Under the pieces are notes generated by a model. It did no database searches. It saw nothing but the letters and a program-made list of their open reading frames with translations, and was not told the origin of the DNA. 64,000 nucleotides of DNA, taken from Coriobacteriales bacterium. GTDB taxonomy: Bacteria > Actinomycetota > Coriobacteriia > Coriobacteriales > Atopobiaceae. The stretch lies in assembly GCA_029101205.1 (NCBI GenBank), contig JAQXQO010000134.1:45281-109280 (forward strand). Reading direction: 5' to 3'. Shown piece after piece: positions 9,280 through 19,312 of this stretch (the stretch's first letter is position 1; each line of letters begins with the position of its first letter). The position numbers and the translations under genes were made by a program.

Positions 9280-11265
9280 CTAGAACGCACCGCCCCCGCC
9301 GCCACCACCGAAGCCGCCGCCCCCGCCGACCGAGAAGCCGCCACCCAGCCCCGAGCCGGAGCTCTCGCTGGAGGCGGCAAGCGCCGCCGTCGACACGGAA
9401 TGCGCCTGGTTCAGCACGTCCGTCATGGTGCTCAAAGGACCGGGGCCATATCCGCCACCCATGTAGTACCAGCAGTAGACGGGCATGATGTCGGGAGAGT
9501 CCAGAACCTCGGGCGCTGCGACCTTCAGCTGCTTTATCACCTTGTCCGAGACGCCCAGCACCACGGCCATCACCAGCAGCCTGTTCCAAAGGATCACGTC
9601 GTGGGGCACAGCCTCCTTCAGACGCGTGAAATCGCACAGCCAGTTCCTCAGCGCGTTCAGCTTTGCCGTTAGCTCGATGGCCTCCTTCGAGCGCTCCTTG
9701 AAGCCGATGGCAACCAGGCAGCACGCCACGCCCGCCGCAATCGGAGCCAAGGCCACCAGGCCCAAGGGGCCAGCCCCCATGCCAATCATAAGGAACAGCA
9801 GGACGAGCCCTGCCACGATGCCCGCGGCACCGACGACCTCCAGCTTGCCCTTTCCGCTGGGCTGGTCGTCCACCATGAAGCCACGCGTGGCGTAGGCTGC
9901 AAAGACCTGGTTCTTCCAGTCTTCGTAGGCGTCAGAGTATTCCTGCGGGCTCTCGTGTGCGAACGTCTCGAAGTCCGTCATCAGCATCTGGTCTGCCGTC
10001 AGCGAAGACCCGTCCTCCAGCTGGACCTTTTTCGACCCTGCACCCACCACGTCGAACGCAAGCTTCATCGTGGCGGCGTCGATCTGGTGCGCCGTCTTTT
10101 GCTGCGGCGAGGACCCCGCCGCGTCAGGCAGCGGCTTCAGGCGGGAGATGCGGTATGCGCCCTTGGCCTTTCCCAGCTTTAGCAGCCCCTTTTTCATGGG
10201 CTTGACCTCGTCCAAGGCAATGACGCCCATGTCGCTCAGGCGCATGAGAGACGCGGAGAAGTCCTCGCCGCCCGCAGTCCCATCGCGCAGAAGCGCACCC
10301 AGCACCGCCGGGTGATCGTCGGAGGGCACGTCCCGGAAGTACTTGTCGTCAAACAGCGGCCGGTGACTGTCGAGGTAGCTCCTGCGGCGCCTGGCCGCAT
10401 ACACCGCAAGCAGCACGGCTATGAGCACAGATGCCACCGTCGCCCCGACCAGGGCCATCCTGGCACGCCGGCGGGCCGCGTTGGCCTCGTCTGCCGCAGC
10501 CTGTTCCTCCTGCAGGATGGAGTCCAGCTTCGCAGTGCTGGACTGCGTGGCCGCAGAAAGCCACGCCTGGGGAAAGACGATGCGCGCCTCGGCGTACTCG
10601 TCGGTACCCACTCCGGGCACCGTATAGACGACGTCGTTTCCGTTGAACGCCAGGCTGGCGTCCAGGGGACCATGTCCCCACGCCCTCACGTTGTCGCCCG
10701 GGCTCACGGACTCCGCCGACGGTACGGGCAGATGGATGGTGCAGGTGACGTTTTGCGACTCGACGTCCCAGCCATCCGACACGAACTTCCAGTACAGCTC
10801 GCCCGTGTCGGACCACCTGGACGCCAGGTTCGTATCGCTGTACTCGACCACAAAGGTGGCGCTCTCGTCTTCGTGAGCGGAGTAGATTTTTACCTTGACG
10901 GTGGAACCCTCGTCCGTCAGCTGGTAGGTGCCATCCTGGCCGCTGTTGGATTGCGAGAAGGGCCTGTAGGCCCCGTCCACGATTTCGCCTGCCGACTCCA
11001 CGCTGACCTGCACGGTCCTGCCCTCATAGTCACCCTTGGGAATCTCCCAGTAGACGCCGTGGTAAGAGCCATCGAAGTCGAACGTGCGCTGCTCCTGGAC
11101 GTCCAGCGTCCCATTGGTCTGTACCGTTGCATCGATGCCCACCTTGTCGATGCTGTAGTCGGCAAGCGCGGGGCGTGCAACCAGCAAGGTCAGGACGACG
11201 ACGAACAGCCCCACGGCAACCCTGAGGTGCAAGCGAGGGCAGCGGTTCCCAACGCGTCTGCGCAT
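9280..11265 (-). CDS. DUF2207 family membrane protein
   Basis: Signal peptide, ELYWKFV-x-DGWD, WGHGP, TM pairs, LWNRLLVMAVVLGV, Gly-rich tail GGGFGGGGGGGAF. Confidence 0.88.
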   Translation of the reverse strand: MRRRVGNRCPRLHLRVAVGLFVVVLTLLVARPALADYSIDKVGIDATVQTNGTLDVQEQRTFDFDGSYHGVYWEIPKGDYEGRTVQVSVESAGEIVDGAYRPFSQSNSGQDGTYQLTDEGSTVKVKIYSAHEDESATFVVEYSDTNLASRWSDTGELYWKFVSDGWDVESQNVTCTIHLPVPSAESVSPGDNVRAWGHGPLDASLAFNGNDVVYTVPGVGTDEYAEARIVFPQAWLSAATQSSTAKLDSILQEEQAAADEANAARRRARMALVGATVASVLIAVLLAVYAARRRRSYLDSHRPLFDDKYFRDVPSDDHPAVLGALLRDGTAGGEDFSASLMRLSDMGVIALDEVKPMKKGLLKLGKAKGAYRISRLKPLPDAAGSSPQQKTAHQIDAATMKLAFDVVGAGSKKVQLEDGSSLTADQMLMTDFETFAHESPQEYSDAYEDWKNQVFAAYATRGFMVDDQPSGKGKLEVVGAAGIVAGLVLLFLMIGMGAGPLGLVALAPIAAGVACCLVAIGFKERSKEAIELTAKLNALRNWLCDFTRLKEAVPHDVILWNRLLVMAVVLGVSDKVIKQLKVAAPEVLDSPDIMPVYCWYYMGGGYGPGPLSTMTDVLNQAHSVSTAALAASSESSGSGLGGGFSVGGGGGFGGGGGGGAF

Positions 11266-11355
11266 GATCTTCTCCCCTCCGGAAGCAAGGTCTGTTGTAG
11301 GTGCCGTAAGGATACCAGAGCCCGTAACGCCCCACGTCAGCGCGTCGCCAAAGCG

Positions 11356-11892
11356 TCACCTCCGCACCAGCGTCATCAGTGTCCCGCAGACGTCCAAGGT
11401 CTGTCCGACCACCATGCGAACCTCGTCCGAGATCTCCCCGCCGTCCAGCCTGGCAGGGTTCGTCGCGCCGAGGTCCCTCACCAGAGCCGCATCGCCCGCG
11501 GGTTCCACCTGAACGTGTCGCCTCGAGACGGACGTGGCGTGCAGGACCACGTCACAGTCCTCGCCACGTCCCACCACAACTCCCGCGGGCCCCAGGGCGA
11601 CCACCACCTCCAGCGTGGGGTCACAGATCCGAAGCGCCAGGCTTCCTTCCAGGCCAAGGGGCACGCCGGTCGTGCGATCTGCGTCCTCGTACCCCAGGGG
11701 AGGCAGTCCGGCGTCCCAGTCGTCTGGCACCAGCAACCCCACCGACGACTCCTTCTGGTCACGATTGAAGTCATACAGGCACCCGTAGCACACGCTCATG
11801 TCGGCAAACAGGATCTCGCCGCACCGTGGGCAGCGCTTGGTTCGCGCCCCCGCCTCCTGCGAGGGCATGCGGTCAACAACCGACCTCTCCAT
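11356..11892 (-). CDS. Zinc-ribbon plus FHA domain protein
   Basis: CPRCGE...CYGCLYDF; FHA motifs VGRGEDCDVVL...VSRRH...DLGATN. Confidence 0.82.
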   Translation of the reverse strand: MERSVVDRMPSQEAGARTKRCPRCGEILFADMSVCYGCLYDFNRDQKESSVGLLVPDDWDAGLPPLGYEDADRTTGVPLGLEGSLALRICDPTLEVVVALGPAGVVVGRGEDCDVVLHATSVSRRHVQVEPAGDAALVRDLGATNPARLDGGEISDEVRMVVGQTLDVCGTLMTLVRR

Positions 11893-12301
11893 CGTGCTCT
11901 CCCTTCCGTTTCTCGCTAGTCTTTGGTATCTCGCCACTGCCACCGGAGCGGCCGAAGTCCCTGACCCACCCGACGACATCGCCCGCCACGAGCCAGGGGG
12001 CCTCCGATTCGGGACGCTCAAATGTCAGAAACGCCCCCTTGCCCCCAACGATCCGCCCCGGTGCAACCGACGTACACGCGCGTAGGACGGTCCCGTCCTT
12101 TCCTACGAAGGCCAGGTCGATGGGGTAACGCATCATGAAGGTGTGGACACGGGCACACCCCACCAGCACCACAGGTGTCGCCTCGCGGTCGCTGCCCAGG
12201 AGCCCCCTCAGCCGCTGGAGCCACCCCTCCAATGCCCTGAACCGCATTCGGAGTCCCCGAGCGGGCACCGTCACCACGTACTCAGCCGCATGCGAATGCA
12301 C
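11873..12301 (-). CDS. DUF192 domain protein
   Basis: RLRGLLG...CARVHTFMMRYPIDLAFV...V-x-PGR. Confidence 0.8.
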   Translation of the reverse strand: MHSHAAEYVVTVPARGLRMRFRALEGWLQRLRGLLGSDREATPVVLVGCARVHTFMMRYPIDLAFVGKDGTVLRACTSVAPGRIVGGKGAFLTFERPESEAPWLVAGDVVGWVRDFGRSGGSGEIPKTSEKRKGEHDGEVGC

Positions 12302-12763
12302 CTAGACCACCACCCCAGGACGAAACCTGTCCACCGAAAGCGAGCGTTCGTGATGCAGTGCCAGCGGAGACCCCATCGAGACGCCAGCCACAACGAGCCT
12401 CGATGGCCATGGCTTGTAGACGAGGCTGCAGGTATAGCGCACCAGTGAGGGCCCAAGGGCAAATGTCGAGCCGGTCTGCGCATCGAACGAACCGTCTACG
12501 GCCACGCTGACCACACAAGCGTCGGGGTTCCCAACCGCCTGCTCTATGCAGGCGCGCACCTGCTCGACGCTGGACCACACGCTCTGCTCCCCAGCCGGAG
12601 ACACGCCCAAAGATGCCACGGCGTCGAAGCTAGCCCTGTCGAAGACCGCGCACAGCTCCAGGAAGCGCCCGACGTTGTACACGGACAGCGCAACAACGAT
12701 GGCGACCGGCACCAGCACCGCCACCTCCACGCTCATCTGGCCATCGCTGTCAAAGGGGCGCAT
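12302..12763 (-). CDS. TadE-like minor pilin
   Basis: Class III-like signal GQMSVEVAVLVPV followed by a hydrophobic helix; lies within the tad cluster. Confidence 0.7.
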   Translation of the reverse strand: MRPFDSDGQMSVEVAVLVPVAIVVALSVYNVGRFLELCAVFDRASFDAVASLGVSPAGEQSVWSSVEQVRACIEQAVGNPDACVVSVAVDGSFDAQTGSTFALGPSLVRYTCSLVYKPWPSRLVVAGVSMGSPLALHHERSLSVDRFRPGVVV

Positions 12764-12764
12764 G

Positions 12765-14798
12765 CTAGCCTCCCAAGCTGCCCAGGTCTACGTCCAGCGG
12801 TATGGACCAAGTGGTGCCCGGTATGGGTAGCTGGGCTATGGTGAACTTCTTTTGCCGGATGCGCTCGTAGCCCCAGAGCCCGAGGGCACGTGCGACGTCC
12901 TCTGGGCTGCCGTGGTCTGGCAGTCTGCCCAACAGCTCCCGGGCTTGGCGCGTTCCGTCGTAACCCGCCTGCGAGAGCACATCGTTCGAGTTCACCAGCA
13001 CGGGTTTGCGCAACCTCATGTCCACGGGGGTAAGCCCCGCCTCGCCCAGAGCTTGCGACACCTTCTGTCTGAGCCATGAGCCCACCGTCCCTCCGAAAAC
13101 GCCGTCCAGATCGTCCAGCGCCCTGGAGGCCTCAGAGCCTACCCTCTCATACGTGGACCCATAGCCCACCAGAAGTTCACCCCAAGCGCCCGTAAGGTCA
13201 CCCAGCACGCCACCCACCGAGAAGCCGTCTTTACGTATGCCGTCAAACACCCTCGAGAGCACGTTGTTTTGACTCGTCTGGTTGTCGGGCGCCAGCACGG
13301 CGGCGGAGATGGCCGCACCCGCAGGAAGCCCGGAGGACCCCACGAACGCGCTCGACAGCCCCCGGGGCGTCTGCCCCTGGCCTCGATACACCACGCTGAC
13401 ACAGCCCCAGGCACCTGGTGGCAGCAAGGCAGGCTTGCGAACCCCCAGCTGGTCCAAGGCCTTCTCGAACGCGCCAATCCCTTCTCCGCTGATCTTTCGG
13501 AGCTCGTCCTCGGCGTCAGCCTGCTGGTTTCTGGCGTCCACGTACTCCTTCGATGCATCCACGACCAGCTTCCAGTAGTGCTCGTAGCCGTTGTTTGCCG
13601 AGGTGGATATGGCGGCCACCTTTCCCATGTCTCCCGTGCTCATCCTACAAATCGGACACACGCCTGCCTGTCCGGCCTCCTGGCCGGCCAGGCTGGCGTT
13701 ACCCGCCCAGGGCCCCTTTGCGCCGGGGCACGACGCGGTGGAGTGCAGAACCAGGCCGTCCGGTTCGAACGTACAGGGCCAGATGGCATCCGAGTACAGC
13801 GACGTACCTCTGACCTCGGTCGCGTTGCAGGGCAGGTAGGGCAGGTCCATCTGGACGTGGCCATCGGGCATCTCTGCATAGTGCGCCTGGTTCATGCACC
13901 TCAGGGCATACAGATAGAAGGCCCTCCTGACCGCCGAGTCGGTCTGCTCCTCTATCTGGTCGGAGGTCGGCGACTCCGTCGCCAGGCGCGCGGCATAGTA
14001 GGCCCTGGACCTCTGCAGCGGGACTCCGAAGTTCCACAGCGCTGGCACGGAGTAGCTGGGGTTCAAGATGCCTCCCAGTCCAGCCAGCGTCTCCGCCCTC
14101 TGACGCAGGCACGACGGGTCATCCACGCAATCCGCCCGCCACCCCCTCTGCCGGGCGGCATCCGCCCTCTGCTTTGCCTCCTCAAGGCGGCCCGATGCGT
14201 CGCGAAGCCGCCTTGAGGCGTCCTCCAGCTCGTCGGTCTGCACGTCGTCCTCGAGGGCCTGAAAGTCAGACTGCGACTGCTGCGGAAAGGGTATGGCGCA
14301 CCCCACATAGTCATGACCTCCGGAATTGGCCTGCAAGACCCTGGCGGAGTTGGCAACCACAAGATACGGCAGCACACGCTCCAGCCCCTCCAGCCCCTTT
14401 GCGGCGCTCCTGGCAAAACCCCTCCTCGCGTCAGCGATACCCTTTCCCATTCTGGTGACCACCTCCGAGAGGGACTGCGCCCCGGGAATCGCGGCCAGCA
14501 CGAGGCCCGCGCCAAAGACGACCAGCCCCATAAGTCCCAGGCTCAGCACGCAGGCGTCGACCACCTGGGCAATGGTGGAGAAAGCCGCCACGGGATTCTG
14601 GCCCGCCAGCGCACAGGCATCCGCGACCTCCTGCACATCGGCGGATCGCGACGACACCCACTGCGTCATGGACAGCGAGAAGGCCAGCGACAGGCACACC
14701 AGCAGGGCCACCGCAACGGCAACGGTGGTGTAGCCCCCGTCGTCCGCCAAGAAAAGATTCAACGGGCATCCGCTATCCCCACATGCAGACCCACTCAC
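12765..14798 (-). CDS. Large TadG-like/Tad-domain pilus-associated protein
   Basis: GGYTTVAVAVALL TM, VQEVADACALAG Tad-domain pattern, coiled coils, His/Cys module. Confidence 0.7.
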   Translation of the reverse strand: MSGSACGDSGCPLNLFLADDGGYTTVAVAVALLVCLSLAFSLSMTQWVSSRSADVQEVADACALAGQNPVAAFSTIAQVVDACVLSLGLMGLVVFGAGLVLAAIPGAQSLSEVVTRMGKGIADARRGFARSAAKGLEGLERVLPYLVVANSARVLQANSGGHDYVGCAIPFPQQSQSDFQALEDDVQTDELEDASRRLRDASGRLEEAKQRADAARQRGWRADCVDDPSCLRQRAETLAGLGGILNPSYSVPALWNFGVPLQRSRAYYAARLATESPTSDQIEEQTDSAVRRAFYLYALRCMNQAHYAEMPDGHVQMDLPYLPCNATEVRGTSLYSDAIWPCTFEPDGLVLHSTASCPGAKGPWAGNASLAGQEAGQAGVCPICRMSTGDMGKVAAISTSANNGYEHYWKLVVDASKEYVDARNQQADAEDELRKISGEGIGAFEKALDQLGVRKPALLPPGAWGCVSVVYRGQGQTPRGLSSAFVGSSGLPAGAAISAAVLAPDNQTSQNNVLSRVFDGIRKDGFSVGGVLGDLTGAWGELLVGYGSTYERVGSEASRALDDLDGVFGGTVGSWLRQKVSQALGEAGLTPVDMRLRKPVLVNSNDVLSQAGYDGTRQARELLGRLPDHGSPEDVARALGLWGYERIRQKKFTIAQLPIPGTTWSIPLDVDLGSLGG

Positions 14799-15249
14799 CG
14801 TAGTCTCCCTCCAGCCACGCCGGCCTCAGCTCCGCGGTCACCCTCACCGCCATCTCGACGTCCGCGCCATCGCCCGTCCCCATGGCTCTGACGAAGGCAC
14901 CGCCTATGGGCAGGGGGCGCACCCTCCCCCGAATGGTCGCTTCCGCCGCAGACCCCTCACCGGGAGGCGTGAGGTCTATCTGCCAGTCCTCCCTCCCGCC
15001 CACGTGGAACAGGGCGGCGGGAGGAACGGCGTCCAGTCTGCGCAGCACATAGTTTCTGCAGGCGTCCAGGTCCTGGCTCGTCGTCATCAGCCGCACCGCC
15101 TCCGCCGCTGCGGAATGCATGACCACGCGGGTGTACGCCACGCACACCGGCTGCACCAGCATCCCCACCACCAGCAGCACCGCCGGCAGAAGCAGAGCCG
15201 CCTCGACGCTGGATTGCCCGGACACGCCGGAGCCAACCGACCCCCGCAT
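14773..15249 (-). CDS. tadE: TadE family minor pilin
   Basis: GQSSVEAALLLPAVLLVV...AAAEAVR. Confidence 0.8.
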   Translation of the reverse strand: MRGSVGSGVSGQSSVEAALLLPAVLLVVGMLVQPVCVAYTRVVMHSAAAEAVRLMTTSQDLDACRNYVLRRLDAVPPAALFHVGGREDWQIDLTPPGEGSAAEATIRGRVRPLPIGGAFVRAMGTGDGADVEMAVRVTAELRPAWLEGDYGEWVCMWG

Positions 15250-15264
15250 GCGCTGTCCCCCTCC

Positions 15265-15516
15265 CTAGTAGACGATGATGTCGTGCACCAGCTCGTAGGC
15301 GCTTGCCTGGCCAAACGCGTGGGAGGCGGAGCGGGCGGTCCAGCCCAGGACATCCGCGCCCTGGGCCGCCCGCCACAGCATCGCCAGCGCGGCCACCAGG
15401 GCGGCAAACGCCACCGCCAGAAGCGCGTACTCCACGCTCGACTGTCCGAGCAGGCCCCACCGAGCCCCCGAAAGATCAAGGGGCACCGAACCCGGCCTCG
15501 TCGCCCGGTCAGCCAT
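15265..15516 (-). CDS. Small pilin-like protein
   Basis: GQSSVEYALLAVAFAALV prepilin motif. Confidence 0.7.
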   Translation of the reverse strand: MADRATRPGSVPLDLSGARWGLLGQSSVEYALLAVAFAALVAALAMLWRAAQGADVLGWTARSASHAFGQASAYELVHDIIVY

Positions 15517-16126
15517 CCGTACCCGGTGCTCCAGGCCAGATTGCCCCAAGCTCAGCCGTCCACTCCTTGGCATCCATCCTCACCACGCTTCTGTCGGCCC
15601 CTCCGTCCGGCGTCGATCGGACCACCACGACGTCGACCCAGCTGCCCCCGTCGATCACGCACCCCCACACGTTGCCCAGAAGGTCCAGGTAGCCCGAGCT
15701 GCGCAGCAGGCAGTCTCCACGCCGTTGGTAATCCTCCAGCGTCTGGCGCGCCTGCGACACCACGCCGTCCGTCCCTTCCGGCAGGTCGGCCGGCGTTTCC
15801 CGCCGTGACTGTTCTTCTCCTGTGGACTTCCCATCCGCAGCCTGCCCGGAAGGCCCCTCGCCGTCCGTCGACGAGCCGTCATCCACCGCTTCGCCTCGCG
15901 TATAGCCGTCAGGCGCCTTAGCGGCCTCCCACGGGGCAAGGCCCCCGCGAATCAACCAGGGGTCCAGCACCCATAGGCAGGCTCCGACGACCAAGGCACA
16001 CACAACCGCAGCCACAACACGCATAGGAGCGGCCCGCCTCCCACCCGGTCGCATCCGTCCCCTCGTCCTCCCGTCGCATCGCGGAGCTCCGCGCTCTTTG
16101 AACTCCCTGCGCCACCACATCCCCAT
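15509..16126 (-). CDS. Hypothetical membrane-anchored protein of the tad cluster
   Basis: One TM helix, then SGYLDLLGNVWGCV domain; overlaps the next gene. Confidence 0.65.
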   Translation of the reverse strand: MGMWWRREFKERGAPRCDGRTRGRMRPGGRRAAPMRVVAAVVCALVVGACLWVLDPWLIRGGLAPWEAAKAPDGYTRGEAVDDGSSTDGEGPSGQAADGKSTGEEQSRRETPADLPEGTDGVVSQARQTLEDYQRRGDCLLRSSGYLDLLGNVWGCVIDGGSWVDVVVVRSTPDGGADRSVVRMDAKEWTAELGAIWPGAPGTDG

Positions 16127-16147
16127 ACACGGTTCACCACCCCGGGG

Positions 16148-16369
16148 CTACAGCGAGTTGATGCCCTGTGCTATGGCATTCCACAGCTCCTGTACCTTTC
16201 CGCGAAACGCGACGATGGCCACGATGGCGATGACCACGAGGACGCCAACGAGGATGGCGTACTCGGTTGTGCCCTGCCCCGAGCGCTCCCTCAGCATCCG
16301 CGAGGTGGCAGCCAGGCCCTCCCGAAGCCCCAGCTCCCTTGTCCGTCCGGCTGCTTCCCTTGTGCACAT
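16148..16369 (-). CDS. flp: Flp family major pilin
   Basis: GQGTTEYAILVGVLVVIAIVAI...LWNAI; RBS AAGGAGG. Confidence 0.88.
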   Translation of the reverse strand: MCTREAAGRTRELGLREGLAATSRMLRERSGQGTTEYAILVGVLVVIAIVAIVAFRGKVQELWNAIAQGINSL

Positions 16370-16383
16370 GCCTACCTCCTTCG

Positions 16384-17079
16384 CTACGCCGCACCTCCCC
16401 CGCCCAGGGCGGGAGCCAGTAGCGGACCCAAAATGGCCAGAAGCATCGCGGGGACGATGAGCGTCCCCAACGGCACCAGCATCTTTACCGGGGCCTTCTC
16501 CATCTGCTCCTGCAGCTCGAAGCGCTGCTCCTCGCGAATGACCTCGGCCTGTCTCTGCAGCACGGAGGCCAGGGGCGTCCCGAAGCTCAGGGCCTCCGAC
16601 ACGCTGGCCGAGAAGCGCTCCAGGGCGGCCACGCCCATGCGTTCCGACATGTGCGCAAGCGCCTCCTGCCTGCCACAGGCTCCGATGCGCCACAGCACGA
16701 GCGCGTCGGCGAGCTCCTTCGCCAGGCCGTTGTGGTACCTCGAGCAGTAGAGGTCTATGGAGGCATCGAACGACAGCCCCGCAGAAAGTCCCAGGGTCAC
16801 GATGTCCAGGAAGTTCGGCAGCTCGCGCAGGACGTCATTTCTGCGCCGGGCAGCCGTCTGCCTTTGCTCCGCCCGCCGGACGAAGCCGTCCACACCCAGC
16901 GCAGCCCCCGCCCGAAGGATGGCCTGCCGAAAGGGGAGCGCCTGCGGCGCTCCGCCACGAACTCCGGGCCGCACGGTGCCAAGTCGGCGACCCGTTCCGC
17001 CATCGCCCATGGCCGCGAATGCGCCCAGAAACGCCACGGCCGCCACAGACACGACGCATGCGCATCCGTAGGCATCCAT
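16384..17079 (-). CDS. tadC: TadC-like (T2SS F) platform protein
   Basis: ELPNFLDIVTLGLSAGLSFD...EKAPVKMLVPLGTLIVPA. Confidence 0.85.
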   Translation of the reverse strand: MDAYGCACVVSVAAVAFLGAFAAMGDGGTGRRLGTVRPGVRGGAPQALPFRQAILRAGAALGVDGFVRRAEQRQTAARRRNDVLRELPNFLDIVTLGLSAGLSFDASIDLYCSRYHNGLAKELADALVLWRIGACGRQEALAHMSERMGVAALERFSASVSEALSFGTPLASVLQRQAEVIREEQRFELQEQMEKAPVKMLVPLGTLIVPAMLLAILGPLLAPALGGGGAA

Positions 17080-18014
17080 CACAGCACCTCCTTCATCAGC
17101 CGGCGCATGATCACGAGGGCCGCTCCGTCCATTGCCAAGGCCACCAGCAGGCACCCCATGCCCAAGGGGGTCGCCGCACCCTCCTGAAAGTCAGGGGATA
17201 TCAGCGACAGGATGCCCACCAGCGCCAATGGCAGCAGACAGACCACCCGGGCGGACAGCCTGACCTGCGCGGTCTTCACCACCAGCTCGCGCTCCATCTG
17301 ACGGTGGGACTCAACCAGGTTCGCCGAGCGTTGAAAGAGCTCCCTCAGCGGACTTCCCGTCCTCTGCGAGATGGAGAGCGCCGTCACCAGCAGCCCGACG
17401 CCCGGAGCGTCGAGCTCTCGGTCCAACTGGTCCAGAACCTCCGACACCCCCATGCCGCAGCGCAGCCGAAGCGACGCAACAAAGAACTCGTGGGCCGCCT
17501 CGCCCTTCTCGTGCGCGCCCACGTACGCGATTGCCTGCGTCAGCGTCTGACCCGACCCCAGCGCGGACGAGAGCGCGCGGAACACGCCCGGCATCTCCTC
17601 CGCAAGGGCACGAGACCGACGCAGCTCGCGCGACCAGCCCCAGCCCACAAGGGCGCCCGCGACCATGCAGCCGCTGGCAACGGCGCCCACGGGGCTGGCC
17701 GAGAAGAGCGCGCCGACCGCGGGCGCCAACGCGACGCAGTAAAGACCCAGCGCACTGGCCTCCTCGCGCTCGAGCGGAGCGTCCAGCCGTTCCGCCGTCG
17801 CGAGGGAAATCCCCTCGCAGGCGCTTCTCCAGTGAGCGTTACGCAGCAGCATGCCCGGAACGCCGGAGTCGACCAACGAGGCGAGCAGCCTCGAGCGCAG
17901 CGCGCGTTGAACACGGCGAGAACCTCCCGGCCTCGTTGCCCCTGCCATTCCGGTGGCCACAAAGGCCCCGGCCCACGTCAGCGCCCCGCAGCCTGCGAGC
18001 AGGACCGCATCCAT
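17079..18014 (-). CDS. tadB: TadB-like (T2SS F) platform protein
   Basis: MPGVFRALSSALGSGQTLTQA...TGSPL...TAQVRLSA. Confidence 0.85.
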   Translation of the reverse strand: MDAVLLAGCGALTWAGAFVATGMAGATRPGGSRRVQRALRSRLLASLVDSGVPGMLLRNAHWRSACEGISLATAERLDAPLEREEASALGLYCVALAPAVGALFSASPVGAVASGCMVAGALVGWGWSRELRRSRALAEEMPGVFRALSSALGSGQTLTQAIAYVGAHEKGEAAHEFFVASLRLRCGMGVSEVLDQLDRELDAPGVGLLVTALSISQRTGSPLRELFQRSANLVESHRQMERELVVKTAQVRLSARVVCLLPLALVGILSLISPDFQEGAATPLGMGCLLVALAMDGAALVIMRRLMKEVL

Positions 18015-19312
18015 CGATCCACCTCCCGACCGTCCAGCACCCCTTCGCTTACCGCCAGCCGAACGAACGACGGCTCGCCGTCCAGGCACCAGCTCCTGGC
18101 CGCCTCGTCGAACGCGACACGTCTCACTAGGTTGACGCCGCCGTCGCCCGCCCGTCCCACCTCGCACGCATCCGTGATGTATCGCGACCCATCCGCCATC
18201 CTGCGCGACATCACGATGAGGTCCAGCGCCGTCGCTATCTGCTCCTCGATGATCTGCGTCGGCAGGTCCATGCCAAAGCGCGACATCAGGACCAGCCGCA
18301 GCACGGCCTCCTGGGCCGAGCCCGCGTGCAGCGTCGTCAGCGACCCGTCGTGTCCGGTGTTCATGGCCTGCAGCATGTCGATGGCCTCCTCGCCGCGCAC
18401 CTCCCCCACCACGATGCGGTCCGGCCTCATCCTGAGGGCGTTCTTCACCAGGTCGCGGATGGTCACCTCACCCGACCCCTCGATGGAGGCGTCGCGCGCC
18501 TCCAGGCGCACGACGTTGGGATGCTGGTCGAAGCGCAGCTCCGCCGAGTCCTCTATGGTCACGATGCGCTCTCCCTCGTCTATTTCGCACGAGAGGGCAT
18601 TCAGCAGCGTGGTCTTGCCCGATCCCGTTCCACCGGCAACGGCTATGTCCCTGCGCAGCCTGACCGCCCAGCGCAGCAGCTGCGCGTACCATTCCGGAAG
18701 GGCACCCATGCCCACCAGCTCGTCCAGGCTCGTAATCGCGTTCGAGAACTTTCGAATGGTCACCACCGGACCGTCTATTGCCACGGGTGCCGCCACGGCG
18801 TTCACGCGGTCGCCGTTTGGCAGGCGGGCGTTCACTATGGGGGAGGACCGGTCGAGCCTTCTGCCCAGGGGCGCCAGAATGCGGTCCAGCACCATCAGGA
18901 TCTGGTCGGGCGAGTCAAACACCCTCTGGGCGGGCAGAATCTCTCCGCCACGCTCAAAGAACAAGTGGTCGCAACCGTTGACCATGATCTCCGTTACGCT
19001 CTCGTCGTCCAGCAGGGGCTGCAGGGGTCCGAGCCCCAAGACCTCGTCCAGCACCTCCCGCACCAGCTCCCGCCGCTCGGCAGGCATCAGGCTCTGGTAT
19101 CCCTCGCCGTTCAGAATCGTCTGACACGCCACCCCCAGCTCCTTGCGGGCCAGATGGAGGTCAGACTCCCCCGCCATGCCGGCAACCGCATCCAGACCCA
19201 GCCGGTCCACGAGGTCGCGCTTTAGCCGCTCGCGCTCCAGGCGATGGCGATCCGAGCTCACCGGCTCTGACAGCTCGGGGTCTCGCTGCCTCACCCGCTC
19301 CAGCACCGACAT
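17978..19312 (-). CDS. cpaF: CpaF/TadA pilus assembly ATPase
   Basis: GGTGSGKTT, TIEDSAEL, ALRMRPDRIVVGEVRG, MNTGHDGS. Confidence 0.95.
   Translation of the reverse strand: MSVLERVRQRDPELSEPVSSDRHRLERERLKRDLVDRLGLDAVAGMAGESDLHLARKELGVACQTILNGEGYQSLMPAERRELVREVLDEVLGLGPLQPLLDDESVTEIMVNGCDHLFFERGGEILPAQRVFDSPDQILMVLDRILAPLGRRLDRSSPIVNARLPNGDRVNAVAAPVAIDGPVVTIRKFSNAITSLDELVGMGALPEWYAQLLRWAVRLRRDIAVAGGTGSGKTTLLNALSCEIDEGERIVTIEDSAELRFDQHPNVVRLEARDASIEGSGEVTIRDLVKNALRMRPDRIVVGEVRGEEAIDMLQAMNTGHDGSLTTLHAGSAQEAVLRLVLMSRFGMDLPTQIIEEQIATALDLIVMSRRMADGSRYITDACEVGRAGDGGVNLVRRVAFDEAARSWCLDGEPSFVRLAVSEGVLDGREVDRWMRSCSQAAGR

Noticed and set aside
8933-9283. Short ORFs overlapping and downstream of tRNA-Phe
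   Set aside because: They overlap the tRNA and hairpin, have no RBS and show no recognisable protein features.
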